Shown here one piece after another: positions 10,069-20,148 of a DNA stretch of 64,000 nucleotides (positions are counted from its first letter, which is position 1; each line of letters starts with the position of its first letter). The position numbers and the translations under genes are program-made. Source of the stretch: Andalucia godoyi And28 (Eukaryota; Protista; Jakobida); NCBI GenBank assembly GCA_009859145.1, contig VRVR01000033.1, positions 235,966 through 299,965 on the forward strand, given 5' to 3'. The notes beneath the pieces are model-generated. The model had not been told where the DNA came from, did no database searches, and saw only the letters and a program-made list of their open reading frames with translations.

Positions 10069-11049
10069 ATGGACTTGCATGAAGTGTATCCACGACTGTT
10101 TATCTCGTCGCTGCGCGAAGCAGAGGATGTGTCTTTGCTGAAGGCGCACAAGATTGCACTTGTGATTAATGTTGCACACCGAATCGACTCTGCGTATCAT
10201 CCTCAACATTTCCAGTATCTCACGCTGTCGCTGTCGGACGATGTCCACCAGGACCTTCTCTCTGCGTTTCCGGTTATTTTCCCGGCAATCCAGAACATTC
10301 TTCGATTCGATGTCATTGAGCGCGGAACAGTGCTTATTCACTGTCTTGCGGGCCGATCGCGCTCTGCATCCGTCGCACTGGGATTCATTCTCTATGATCT
10401 CATGTGCAGAATAAAAGAAGATCGGCTGGAAGAAGGATACTCGGCGTTTCCATGCTCCATGCAAAACTGGGTCAAACACATGTTCCCGGTCTGCACGTCT
10501 CCTTCTCTTCCTGCAGCTGCCGCAACATCCATTCCGTCCTTTGCGGGATATTCGCGTTCTCCAGCGGCTTTTGCCAGCCCAATGCCGGTAGCCGTACAAC
10601 ACCAACACAGCACTAGCGGTAGCACTCCCAGTAACAGCATTGGGACTGATAATCTGCTTGACCAGGAGTTGGCAACGAAAATCCCAAATTCCCTAGAGTT
10701 CCTGAAAAAGGCACTGGCGAGGTTCTCTGCCCTGCATCCGCCGACTCGGATCAACGAAAACTTTTTCTGCCAGCTGCGGCTGTTTGTCTCCAAGCAGTGT
10801 TCGTTGGAGTTTTGTGCTTCCAGGAGGAACCAGAAACTGGCTGCACAGAGCATCAGGAATCGTGAGCAGATCAAGGAGTTGTCGGATCTTGGAATCATGA
10901 CGCCCGCACGAACACCCAGGAGTGATACTCGCACATCGATGCTCAGCGCAAGCACAAGCAGCAGCACAGGTATGCTTTCGAGCGACGGTGCATTTACTGT
11001 GAGTGCTGCGGACGGTCACCCGAGCAGCGCGGGAACTGCCAACCACTGA
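10069..11049 (+). CDS. Dual-specificity protein phosphatase
   Basis: EVYPRLFISS, LSDDVHQDL (catalytic Asp loop), VLIHCLAGRSRSAS (HCxxGxxRS), INENFFCQLRLF; a Ser/Pro-rich insertion follows the P-loop. Confidence 0.88.
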   Translation: MDLHEVYPRLFISSLREAEDVSLLKAHKIALVINVAHRIDSAYHPQHFQYLTLSLSDDVHQDLLSAFPVIFPAIQNILRFDVIERGTVLIHCLAGRSRSASVALGFILYDLMCRIKEDRLEEGYSAFPCSMQNWVKHMFPVCTSPSLPAAAATSIPSFAGYSRSPAAFASPMPVAVQHQHSTSGSTPSNSIGTDNLLDQELATKIPNSLEFLKKALARFSALHPPTRINENFFCQLRLFVSKQCSLEFCASRRNQKLAAQSIRNREQIKELSDLGIMTPARTPRSDTRTSMLSASTSSSTGMLSSDGAFTVSAADGHPSSAGTANH

Positions 11050-11200
11050 CTCGTTCCGAGAGTCCATTTTTTTAATTTTATTAATATATATACATATTTG
11101 TTTTATATTTTCGTATCATGTTGTACAGCATCATGTAATGTAATATATAGTGTATTAGCATGCTGTTCTGTTGGATGCCGGTGGTGCCGGTGTGCCTTTC

Positions 11201-12262
11201 TCACTTTTTGTGAAAGTGTCGTCTGTCAGAGGACAGGTTCGCTGGCGAGCTGGACAGTGGCTGCATCTGGCTCCGGGAGCTTGCAAACGAATTGAAAGTG
11301 GAGTCGCGTACGCTGACGGACTGTCGTCCAACTCCAGTGTATGAAGCGGAATGTTGCGACCACTGTTGCTGCTGCTGCTGCGACGGTTTTGTGACCGATG
11401 ACTGCTGGAGATTCCCAATGACAGTATGCTTCCTTCGAATGTCTTCTTGTAAATGGGCTACTCGTTGCTCCAGCAAGCTGTTCGCTTCTTTCAGGATCCG
11501 GCATTCCTCGGACATTCTGACGTTCTCCACACTGTCCATCTTGTTCAAGCTGCTTCGTGGATTCATCATTTCCTTGCTGCGAGCCGCCGCCGTCTTTAGT
11601 TCCCGATTTTCTCTCTCCAGCGCGTCGAGCTTCTTGCTTGTCTTTTCGGACCACGATTCCCATACGATTTTCAAGGTGCGCAGCAGTTCCATGTCCGTCT
11701 TCATTTGCTCGACGTCCTTTTTCTGAGCCTCATACTTTCCCTGCAAGGTCGTCATGTTGACATGAATTCGACGGAGGTATTCGGCAGCAGCCGCATGGCC
11801 CTGCAAACTCGGGATGAGTTGCAGCTTCGTTTGGTCAAGCTCGGCTGTCAGCCGCTGCACAAGCGATGAGAGAATCGCTACTTCATCCGCAGCATCGGGC
11901 TGCCCCAGGACACGCGAACTGGCTTCTGAAGCACCCTGTGTCGGTGTTCGTTTGGCCATCTTTGCTGCTTTCGGGAACTGAGGCAAGTTCTCCTAGATTC
12001 AGTTTTTTTTTTTTTTTTTGGTTTCAAAAACGAAGAACAAACGAAAACGACGAGACGTTTAAAAAGCAGAGTAAGCAAACCCTTCGTGTTATCACACATG
12101 GAAAATTAAGAATGATGGGGTTTCCCGGGCTGTTCATACGAGTTTTTGTGTAGTATTAATGCCAGTGCTTTGTGCAGTCGCAGTCACAGTCGAAGCTGCA
12201 GTCAATGGCCTTGCGGCGAGGCCTGAAACGGATTTTTCGTCCACAATGCGGTCTGCATCCAT
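11201..12262 (-). CDS. Coiled-coil protein of unknown function, two exons (12262-12140, 11992-11201)
   Basis: Exon 1 MDADRIVDEK...TQKL ends at a GTATGA donor (12139). The acceptor ...CTGAATCTAG (11993) joins in phase 0 to the 261-aa ORF, which has heptad patterns. Confidence 0.7.
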
Positions 12263-12668
12263 AACCAGTAAGCACGTGTTTTGTACATGAGTGAAATTCC
12301 ACCGAGCCCGCAGGTCTTTTCTCAGGTCACGCAAAAAAGAAAAAGAAAAAAGACAAGATGGATGAAAGAAAATCGAGAGACAAACAACAATGGAGTCACA
12401 TACCGAGTTCCGCTTCGAGCGCGTCGTCAAACTGCTCTGGAATGCTTTCGGCCATACGAGTAACGCACCTTACGCCCCCTTCTTCCCAAAGGGTATCTGC
12501 AAACAAGCAAAAAAGAAGAAGAGTACTGCAAACCGACGAGAAAAACGAAAGCATTAATCAGTCCGGGATGTGCAGAGTGGAGGAGACACGACTTTTCTGG
12601 AATTTTCGGACCAAGTGATGCTCCGACTTGATACTTACTAGAGCGCAGTTTGAATTATTATTAGTCAT

Positions 12669-13096
12669 CGCCTGCATCACACACTGAACATGACGAATAG
12701 ACATGCATATTCAATTTTGCATGGAAGGGGATAGGCCCCAACACGCCTCACAGCGCTCTTCAGATAAATGTTCCGCGCTCCGTTTCCCAATCTCGATCAA
12801 TCGGTGAGCCACCTTCTCAGCGTGACACGTTGTTTCTGAGAAGGGTGCATTTTTTTGATTCCGACGGCCCTAGCAGCAGGCGCTTTCGTGTCCTCAGTTG
12901 CAGCGATTGATGCAACTGGAGCTACGAGAGGAAGAGGCGGTAGGCGTAGTGACACGTGGTCTCTTAGGAGGTCTGCGGGACCTAGGAGGCCCTGTATCAC
13001 GAATTCCTGTGAAACAAGCGTGCTAGTGTCGGCCAGTATTGACCGTGTCTGTTTATGTACACTTCCTTCCGTATGCATGACAATGACGTGTTATTA
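12669..13096 (-). mobile_element. Repeat family B copy 1: internally deleted Fanzor2 (IS607/TnpB-like) element
   Basis: Inverted homologue of 43891-44480. Encodes ARAVGIKKMHPSQKQRVTLRRWL joined to DRDW(+2 nt)NGARNIYLK. Right end ...GATGCAGGCG at 12669. A 12-bp direct repeat TTATTAGTCATC lies at 12658-12669 and 13091-13102. Confidence 0.8.
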
Positions 13097-13605
13097 GTCA
13101 TCAGCTGAGCTGTCACCAAAGACAGATCCAAGCCACATGTTTTTATTATAGTTGGGGAGGACATCACCAATTCCATGCAGTCAAAAGGATCATCGCAACC
13201 GGCATATTTCCCATACGATTCAACATTCAAAAATTGAAATGTTGAAATGTTGGAGGAAACAGAATGTGGCCGGCGGCGCTGCACATCGCATCCGCAATTC
13301 TCACGTGCGCATCGTGTGGCTGATTTTCAATACGGTGTGACACATCGATCACATCCTCGTGATATGATCATCCGCAGTTTGATCAACAAGGTGCGGCGAG
13401 AGGGAATCAACCGGTTTCTTGGTTCTCGGTATCCTCGGGCATGGTCGGTTTGCGTTTGCAGAGAAGATTCCTCTCTGGAGCCGTGGGTGTTTTGTCCCTT
13501 GATGAAAGGTGCCGCTGGAGGGTTCGATTACAAAAGACAAAGCAAACAGAAGGAACAACAGAGAGAGAACGAAAAGTGGACTTGACTACGGTAAGACAAT
13601 CGCGT
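13097..13605. repeat. Repeat family C copy 1 (unclassified ~500-bp dispersed repeat)
   Basis: Direct, largely near-identical copy at 55499-55998; internal palindrome TTCAACATTCAAAAATTGAAATGTTGAA at 13219-13246. Confidence 0.85.
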
Positions 13606-13915
13606 CTCCTTAGGGTTAGATACGTAAAAGTCAAGCTTCTGCTATAAGTGTGTTTGCTTGATGTTCAATGTTGACACGCAAAAACGGTAAACCGTTTGTA
13701 AAACACTCTGGGCGCGGCGGGCAACACAAGTTTTCTCTTTGCAACTCTTGTTGTCTGTGTTCTATTTTTTCTTCTTCTTCGCTAATACACACTCGACTGG
13801 GTTCGTTTGGGTTGCTTTCCGAGGCCGCTCAAGTCTAGTTGTTATTGTTTATTGTTTATTGTTTATTGTTATTGTTATTGTTATTATTTTTGGGAGGCGC
13901 GAGAGTTGGAAAGCG

Positions 13916-15646
13916 ATGGCCACGATTACCGATGAGCTGATCAAGCGATTGGTGAAGGAACAGGAGTTGTTTCGAACGTACGAACTGAATGATATACTGT
14001 ATCTGCATTTCAAAGGCCTGATGCGAATTTCCAACTTGGACAAGTGGACGGGGCTGAAGGCGCTGTGGCTTGAAGGCAACTCCATTACGACGATTGAGAA
14101 TCTTGGGCATCTTCAGAAGCTGAAGTGCTTGTATCTGCATCAGAATCTGATTGAGGAGATCGGCGGGCTGGAGGAGCTCACCGAGCTGGATCAGCTGAAT
14201 CTGTCCGATAATTCTATATCAAGGATTGAGAATCTGGGACATTGCTCCAAGCTCACTTCGCTCTATCTTGCAAACAACAAAATTCAGACGGTTGATGACG
14301 TGCGACAAGTGCTGGAGGTGCCGTCTCTGTCTTGCCTGGATCTTTCAAAAAATAAGATCGAAGACCCCGCAGTTGTTTTCGAGGTGCTGGTGCACATGCC
14401 GAATTTAAAGGTCTTGAAGTTGGATGGAAATCCCGTTGTCCGCAAGGTCCCTTCGTATCGAAAGTCCGTGATCGCGGCTATCAAGACGCTTACGTATCTG
14501 GATGATCGACCAGTGTTTGACGACGAGCGGCGGTGCGTAAGTGCCTGGGAGGCCGGTGGAATCGAGGCAGAGCGCAGAGAAAAGGAGTTCATCAAGCAGG
14601 AGGAAATCGAAAAGAACAAGGCAAATATGCGGGCGTTTGACGAAATGGTTGAGAGAGCACGTGCCTCGCGTCCGGCCGTCACCGAGAGTGTGGAGATCCT
14701 TCATCGACCCAGCCCTGCTGCGCTGAATGACAATGACTTGCGAAGTTCCGCAACCGCAGTAGATGCGCATCCCGGCGTGCGCATTCTGTATCCATCGGAT
14801 CGAGATGTGCCCGTTCGCGCGTCCCAGGGCCCCGTTCGTATTTACGAAGTTCCTGTCACGCAAGACGATGTGCATGCAGATGCAGGGGCAAATGCGAAGA
14901 ACGCTGCGGCCTCTCTGCTTGCTTCGTTTGGCGGCGACGACGACGACGGCGACATGCAATTGAAAGTGGGAGAGGACGAGGAAATGGCTGGGCAAACAAG
15001 GGACGAGGTTCCGCCTGCTCTTGAAACTGCAACCGGAGAGATTGTTTCCGAGTCGAGTAGTTCGCAGCCGTCTGCTGGAAGTCAGTTGGCTACTGCGGAT
15101 GCGACGGCTTCTTCGACGTTCTTGACGCAGCAGGATCCTGTGATTGCAGAAGACACCCTGGAAAATGGTCATCTTCCCGTTCTGCGTTCGCCTTCGCCTC
15201 CCCCTCCCCCTCCTGCTCCTGCAGCCGCGCCCCACGCAGCCGAACAGACGGTTGGCGAAGGTGACGAACGGCCACTGCAGGATGAAGAGGACTCTGCAGA
15301 AGGAGCACATTCTTCTCCTCCGCGGTTTCCGTTTCCTAAAGCCAATTACGGCTCGCCTTCTCTGTGGGGCACTCCGACGTACAAACAACTGTGGCAGGCG
15401 GCGCAGATGCTTCCCGAGGAACCAGAGGCAGCGGATGCTGCTGACAGTGGTGCTGCCGACTCTCCAGAGAGCCGAGATGCAATTGCGCCGTCGTCTGTCG
15501 ATGTGGGCGAACTGCCGTCGGTTGCACATGCCGATAACCAGGAGATCGTTCCGTCCTACATGGAGGGTCTTGTGTTAGACGACCCGCAAACGCCCCGAGA
15601 TGACAGTAGCGACACTCTTGATAAATCGATGGAACATATGGACTAG
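13916..15646 (+). CDS. DNAAF1: Dynein axonemal assembly factor 1 (LRRC50/ODA7), LRR protein
   Basis: LNDILYLHFKG..RISNLDKWTGLKALWLEGN, SDS22-like LRRs, YRKSVIAAIKTLTYLDDRPVFDDERR; ATG 13916 chosen after a low-complexity upstream tract. Confidence 0.9.
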   Translation: MATITDELIKRLVKEQELFRTYELNDILYLHFKGLMRISNLDKWTGLKALWLEGNSITTIENLGHLQKLKCLYLHQNLIEEIGGLEELTELDQLNLSDNSISRIENLGHCSKLTSLYLANNKIQTVDDVRQVLEVPSLSCLDLSKNKIEDPAVVFEVLVHMPNLKVLKLDGNPVVRKVPSYRKSVIAAIKTLTYLDDRPVFDDERRCVSAWEAGGIEAERREKEFIKQEEIEKNKANMRAFDEMVERARASRPAVTESVEILHRPSPAALNDNDLRSSATAVDAHPGVRILYPSDRDVPVRASQGPVRIYEVPVTQDDVHADAGANAKNAAASLLASFGGDDDDGDMQLKVGEDEEMAGQTRDEVPPALETATGEIVSESSSSQPSAGSQLATADATASSTFLTQQDPVIAEDTLENGHLPVLRSPSPPPPPPAPAAAPHAAEQTVGEGDERPLQDEEDSAEGAHSSPPRFPFPKANYGSPSLWGTPTYKQLWQAAQMLPEEPEAADAADSGAADSPESRDAIAPSSVDVGELPSVAHADNQEIVPSYMEGLVLDDPQTPRDDSSDTLDKSMEHMD

Positions 15647-15766
15647 CGAGCGTAAACTGCGCATCACACGGTAAAATATCAAAGGTATCAGAAAACGATT
15701 GTTTTATCGGTCTTTATTTCGTACAAACACACGGACACACAAACACACAAACAAAGCTAACGCTCG

Positions 15767-15797
<31 letters not shown>

Positions 15798-15982
15798 CGA
15801 CCCACACACACGCACACACTTTTTAGAAAAAAGCATACAAATCTTTAATCTCGTCATTATCTGAGATTCTTCAAAAAGGGAACTTTCTTGATCTTTTCCC
15901 TCTCCTTCTCATTCATTTGAAAAGGAGAGAAAGAGAGAGAGAGAGAGAGAGAAAAAAAAAGACAACGGCATCTAAAAAGATC

Positions 15983-17302
15983 TTACATGCCAAACGGACG
16001 CTGCTGCTGGACGCCAGGATATGCCATCATAGCAGGGTTCGGCTGCATCATTCCGGGGGCGACACCCATCTGCACAGGTCTCATAGCGCCCATCTGCATC
16101 ATCTGCATCTGTTGAATCATGATCATCTGCTGTTGAGGATTCATCATTCCCATTTGCTGCGCATTCATCATCTGAGGAGCACCGAAGCCTGGGGCCATCT
16201 GGACAGGGGCGACACCAAACCCGAAGCCGCCTCCCATTTGCTGCACACCGCCGAATCCGCCCATTTGATTCCCGTTGCCGTTCATCATCATATTGCCGGC
16301 ATTGCTATTGTGATTTGCGGCTTGCTGGGGCTGCATCATGCTCACCGGGTTGAACGCGGCCATGATGTCATCCTTGGCACCACCAGCAGGAAGCACTCCA
16401 TTCGAACCACCCATGATCAAGTCATCTCCCAGCAGAAGCGAATCTGCCCCTCCCTTCTTTGCCTGGTTGCCGCTATTCTGCTGCTGGTTCGGCAGCGGAG
16501 ACTGCTTCTGCGCAAAAGGATCATTCGCAGATGTCGATCCAAAGAGTCCATTTGCATTCGACTGTTGCTTGCTGTTCTTCTGGGTGTTCCCGTTTGCACT
16601 GTGCATGTTGCTGTTATTGGACGAAGCAGTAAACGAGTTCACAAACGATGAAAAATCGTCGTTGGACGTGCTTGGCGCATCCATCATGAGCAATGCAGGT
16701 TCGGAAGCTGCATGATGGACTCTAGATCGTGCGTTTTCGGCCTCATCTTCGTCCTCTTCGCCCGGCACCAAGCTCTTTGACGATGCCTTTCTCTTCTTCA
16801 TTGCACTGCTTGTTGCCGATGATGCCGCCGCTCCCGACGATGATGACTTTTTCGGAGTCATTGCCACGCCTTCTTCCTGTGCATCTCCTCCAGCACCACC
16901 AGCAGCCGTTGCATCGAACCACTTCTTATTTGCATACTTGTCCTTGATGAAGGTTTCCTGAGCCCGAGTGTCATTTTCCTGTGGCTTGCGGACCGTGGAC
17001 GGCAGTCTGGCCTCCCAGACTGCATTGACCCGCGCGTTTCCATTGCGCTTCATCACCTCGACCCAGTCAGATTGCCACGCATCGAGGGTGACCGATCGCA
17101 CCTTGGAGATGTGGACGCCGAGATTACGGTGGATTCCCGCACATTGCACACAGATGAAGCACCCGATGTTGATCGACGCCCACCGAGGACCCCGAGAAGT
17201 GCAGTCCGCACACACCTTGTTTGCATCCTGCTTCAACAACTCCTCCAGCGAACGCAGATTGCGCACTCGCTCTTCTTCCGTCGGCTTTCGAGACACTGAC
17301 AT
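15983..17302 (-). CDS. ArfGAP of the SMAP/AGD5 type
   Basis: CADCTSRGPRWASINIGCFICVQCAGIHRNLGVHISKVRSVTLD zinc finger; Met/Gln/Gly-rich tail. Confidence 0.93.
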   Translation of the reverse strand: MSVSRKPTEEERVRNLRSLEELLKQDANKVCADCTSRGPRWASINIGCFICVQCAGIHRNLGVHISKVRSVTLDAWQSDWVEVMKRNGNARVNAVWEARLPSTVRKPQENDTRAQETFIKDKYANKKWFDATAAGGAGGDAQEEGVAMTPKKSSSSGAAASSATSSAMKKRKASSKSLVPGEEDEDEAENARSRVHHAASEPALLMMDAPSTSNDDFSSFVNSFTASSNNSNMHSANGNTQKNSKQQSNANGLFGSTSANDPFAQKQSPLPNQQQNSGNQAKKGGADSLLLGDDLIMGGSNGVLPAGGAKDDIMAAFNPVSMMQPQQAANHNSNAGNMMMNGNGNQMGGFGGVQQMGGGFGFGVAPVQMAPGFGAPQMMNAQQMGMMNPQQQMIMIQQMQMMQMGAMRPVQMGVAPGMMQPNPAMMAYPGVQQQRPFGM

Positions 17303-17780
17303 GACAACAACAACAACAACAACACGAACAAGAAAGCGAGAAAGCTAAAAACCGAGAAAAATAACTTTACCAAAAGAAAAATAATAATAATAATTAAAAA
17401 AATTATACATATATAGAAAACAAGAAAAACAAGAAAAACAAGAAAAACAAGAAAGGATCGAAGAAGGAAACGATGAAAAAGGCTCCAACTGATGCTTCAA
17501 CATCGGAGAAAGATTGAGTAGCTCGTTTTTTCTTTTTCTCCGGCCCTTTTTCTTTTTCCTGTCTTTTTAAAAATCGGTTTTTCAGTTGGAAAGCATCAAG
17601 CGAAAAAGGAATCTTGCATCAATCTCGAGTTCTGTCGACTTGTATGCATTAAGTCGGTCATTGTTGTCCTTTCTTTTTGCTTTCTGCTGTGTTTTTCTTT
17701 TCTTGTTTTTCTTTTCTGCTTTGGCTGATTCTGGATACCGAACGTCATAGAGTGTCGCGAATAGAATAGGATACACGACA

Positions 17781-17819
<39 letters not shown>

Positions 17820-17880
17820 GAAAAAAAACAAAAAAAACAACAACAACAACAACACATAAACAAAACAACTTGCAGAAACC

Positions 17881-18424
17881 ATGATTCTCGCGCTCTCTGA
17901 TCTTGTAATAGGACTGTATGCACATTGTGTGTTTTCCCTTTTCTCTTTTCCTTTTTGTTGTTTGGTGTTTGTCGGGTGTCCTCTGTGTCTAATGTGCCTT
18001 TTTGTTGTGGTGGGTGGTTCATTGTTTATTGATGATCTCATTTTTTTTAAAAAAAATTTATCTGATCTTTTTCTGTTTCTTCTTCTTGTATTGTGGAATG
18101 TGTGCGTGTGTGTGGTTCAGGACGCTGATGGTCAATGCTGCTGCGATTGTAGATCTCGGTTCAAATGATACAAAGCCCACGCATGTGCCGTCGTCATTGC
18201 CGCCGTCGACTGCCGCGGACGTCGAGGACTTTCCAGATGCTGCCAGTGCCGAGCCGAGCGATTCAGCTCCGTTGCTGGGCGGCGCCATCCCAAGCATTCC
18301 GTCCGGAGCAAGCCACTCGGAAAAGATTTCCATGGTTGTGCGAAGCATTCAGGTCTTTCGACTCGTCATTGCCTTTTGGAACCTCTTTGTCCTTGCTTGC
18401 ATGGTCATCTTCTTTTCCTCGTAG
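17881..18424 (+). CDS. SMIM7: Small integral membrane protein 7 homologue, two exons (17881-17915, 18121-18424)
   Basis: GTATGC donor and TTCAG acceptor join in phase 2 to give ...IGLTLMVNAAAIVDL...IQVFRLVIAFWNLFVLACMVIFFSS, matching the SMIM7 pattern (GTLLMNAGAVL...[24 protein letters not shown]). Confidence 0.8.
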
Positions 18425-18607
18425 AAATGCAAAGCCCAGCATCAGTGAAAAAAGAATGCAGGAGCGACTGTAATAAAATGATGCCGAAAAAATCCCACCG
18501 AGTCGTGTGGATTCTGACAGAAAAAAAGACATGCAAGAAGAAGAAGCACAAGAAGAGGAAGCACAAGAAGAGGAAGCACAAGAAGAGGAAGAAGCTTGAG
18601 GAACGGA

Positions 18608-19633
18608 ATGAGTGACGTTGAACAAGGTGGAGAGAGTGAGCCGGAGCGGGTGATTATTCTTGGAGGCGGCGTCGCTGCGTACACTGCGGGGATCTATGCG
18701 GGGCGTGCGCAGCTCCGACCGCTGATTCTCGAGTCATCGTACTCGGCAGCGACGATTCCCGGCGGTCAGCTCATGACGACGACGGACGTAGAGAACTTTC
18801 CTGGATTTCCATCCGGCATCAATGGCCCCGAGCTCGTAGGTCGCATGCGCGAACAAGCCGAGCATTGCGGCGCAGTTATTCTGTCCGAGTCATGCGTCTC
18901 TGTTTCTGTTGACGCTGAGACTGGTGTCGGTGGCGACGGAAATGGTCATGGGAAGGTGTTTCGGGTGAAGAGCGATGCGGGAAAAGAGTATGTGGCATAT
19001 GCACTGATTGTTGCGACGGGTGCGATGGCCAAGCGGCTGAATGTGCCTGGAGAAGCGACGTACTGGAACAACGGGATCTCGGCGTGTGCTGTGTGCGATG
19101 GAGCGCTGCCTCTGTTTCGCAAGCAAGTTGTCGTGTGTGTGGGAGGTGGTGACACGGCGATGGAAGAAGCGCTGTTTCTGTCCAAATACGCGTCTCAGGT
19201 GATACTTGTGCACCGGCGCGACGTCTTCCGTGCGTCGCAGGTGATGCAACGCAGGGTGCTTGCCGCACACCCAAAGATCACCGTGCTGTGGGACTCAGAG
19301 GTTGTCGAGGCGCATGGTGACGGGTCGCTGCTGACAGCAGTGTCCATTCGCAATGTCAAGACCCACGCGGTCCAAACTGTAGAAGCAAAAGGTTTGTTCT
19401 ATGCAATTGGACACTCCCCGAACGCAGGGTTCGTGCAGCACTTGGTCCGTGTGGACGACGCAGGATACATCGTCACCGAGCGCGGATCAACCCGAACCAG
19501 CTTTCCAGGCGTGTTTGCTGCGGGCGATGTCCAGGACAAGACGTTCCGTCAGGCAGTCGTCGCAGCCGGCTCAGGCTGCATGGCCGCAATGGAGACCGAG
19601 CACTACCTTGTCGAAATCGGTCACTCTTCCTAA
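18608..19633 (+). CDS. TRR1: Low-molecular-weight NADPH thioredoxin reductase
   Basis: GGQLMTTTDVENFPGFP, ISACAVCDG (CxxC), VGGGDTAMEEA, GVFAAGDVQD. Confidence 0.96.
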   Translation: MSDVEQGGESEPERVIILGGGVAAYTAGIYAGRAQLRPLILESSYSAATIPGGQLMTTTDVENFPGFPSGINGPELVGRMREQAEHCGAVILSESCVSVSVDAETGVGGDGNGHGKVFRVKSDAGKEYVAYALIVATGAMAKRLNVPGEATYWNNGISACAVCDGALPLFRKQVVVCVGGGDTAMEEALFLSKYASQVILVHRRDVFRASQVMQRRVLAAHPKITVLWDSEVVEAHGDGSLLTAVSIRNVKTHAVQTVEAKGLFYAIGHSPNAGFVQHLVRVDDAGYIVTERGSTRTSFPGVFAAGDVQDKTFRQAVVAAGSGCMAAMETEHYLVEIGHSS

Positions 19634-20148
19634 CCACCGGTCAAAAGAAAAAAGCCTTCCCCTGTCGCCCACCCGCTCTCTTTTAGGTAGGCAGGAATTA
19701 TCACCGCATTCCGAGCTTCTCCAACGACCGTAATCATAAACGTAATTTAAAAAAAAATGAAAAGACTTATCCACCGTAAGGCAGCGGACTCCTTGTTTGC
19801 TTGTATCGAAGTAACGCAAGCAAACGCACACAAGCCAAATTCGGTGTTGAGTGAGTGCAGAAGGGACACCGCATGTGTTTTCCTTTAAGCACTACTGTAC
19901 ATCAAACAAATAGAAAGAGGAAATCCAACGACCGTTTTCGAATGTTGGATTCTTTTAATTAGTTAATTTTATTAATTATTATCATTTATAATAATTATAA
20001 TAATAATAATAATTTTTTGGTTAATTATGTTTGTTTCGTTCTCCTTCTTCGTCCTTTCCTTTCTGGTTTGATTTGTCAAGCAGCATTTTATTATCAAATC
20101 CGCTTCCTCTTTTGACTTGGACCCCAGGGCAGGTTTCGCTGCAGTAAG

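Noticed and set aside
13099-13110. CTGATGA on the minus strand (hammerhead ribozyme core)
   Set aside because: No correctly placed GAAA or stems I-III could be built
13458-13469. GCAGAGAAGATT in repeat C resembles the U6 snRNA ACAGAGA box
   Set aside because: The flanking U6 sequence (AGCATGGCCCC..., 5' stem, oligo-U end) is absent
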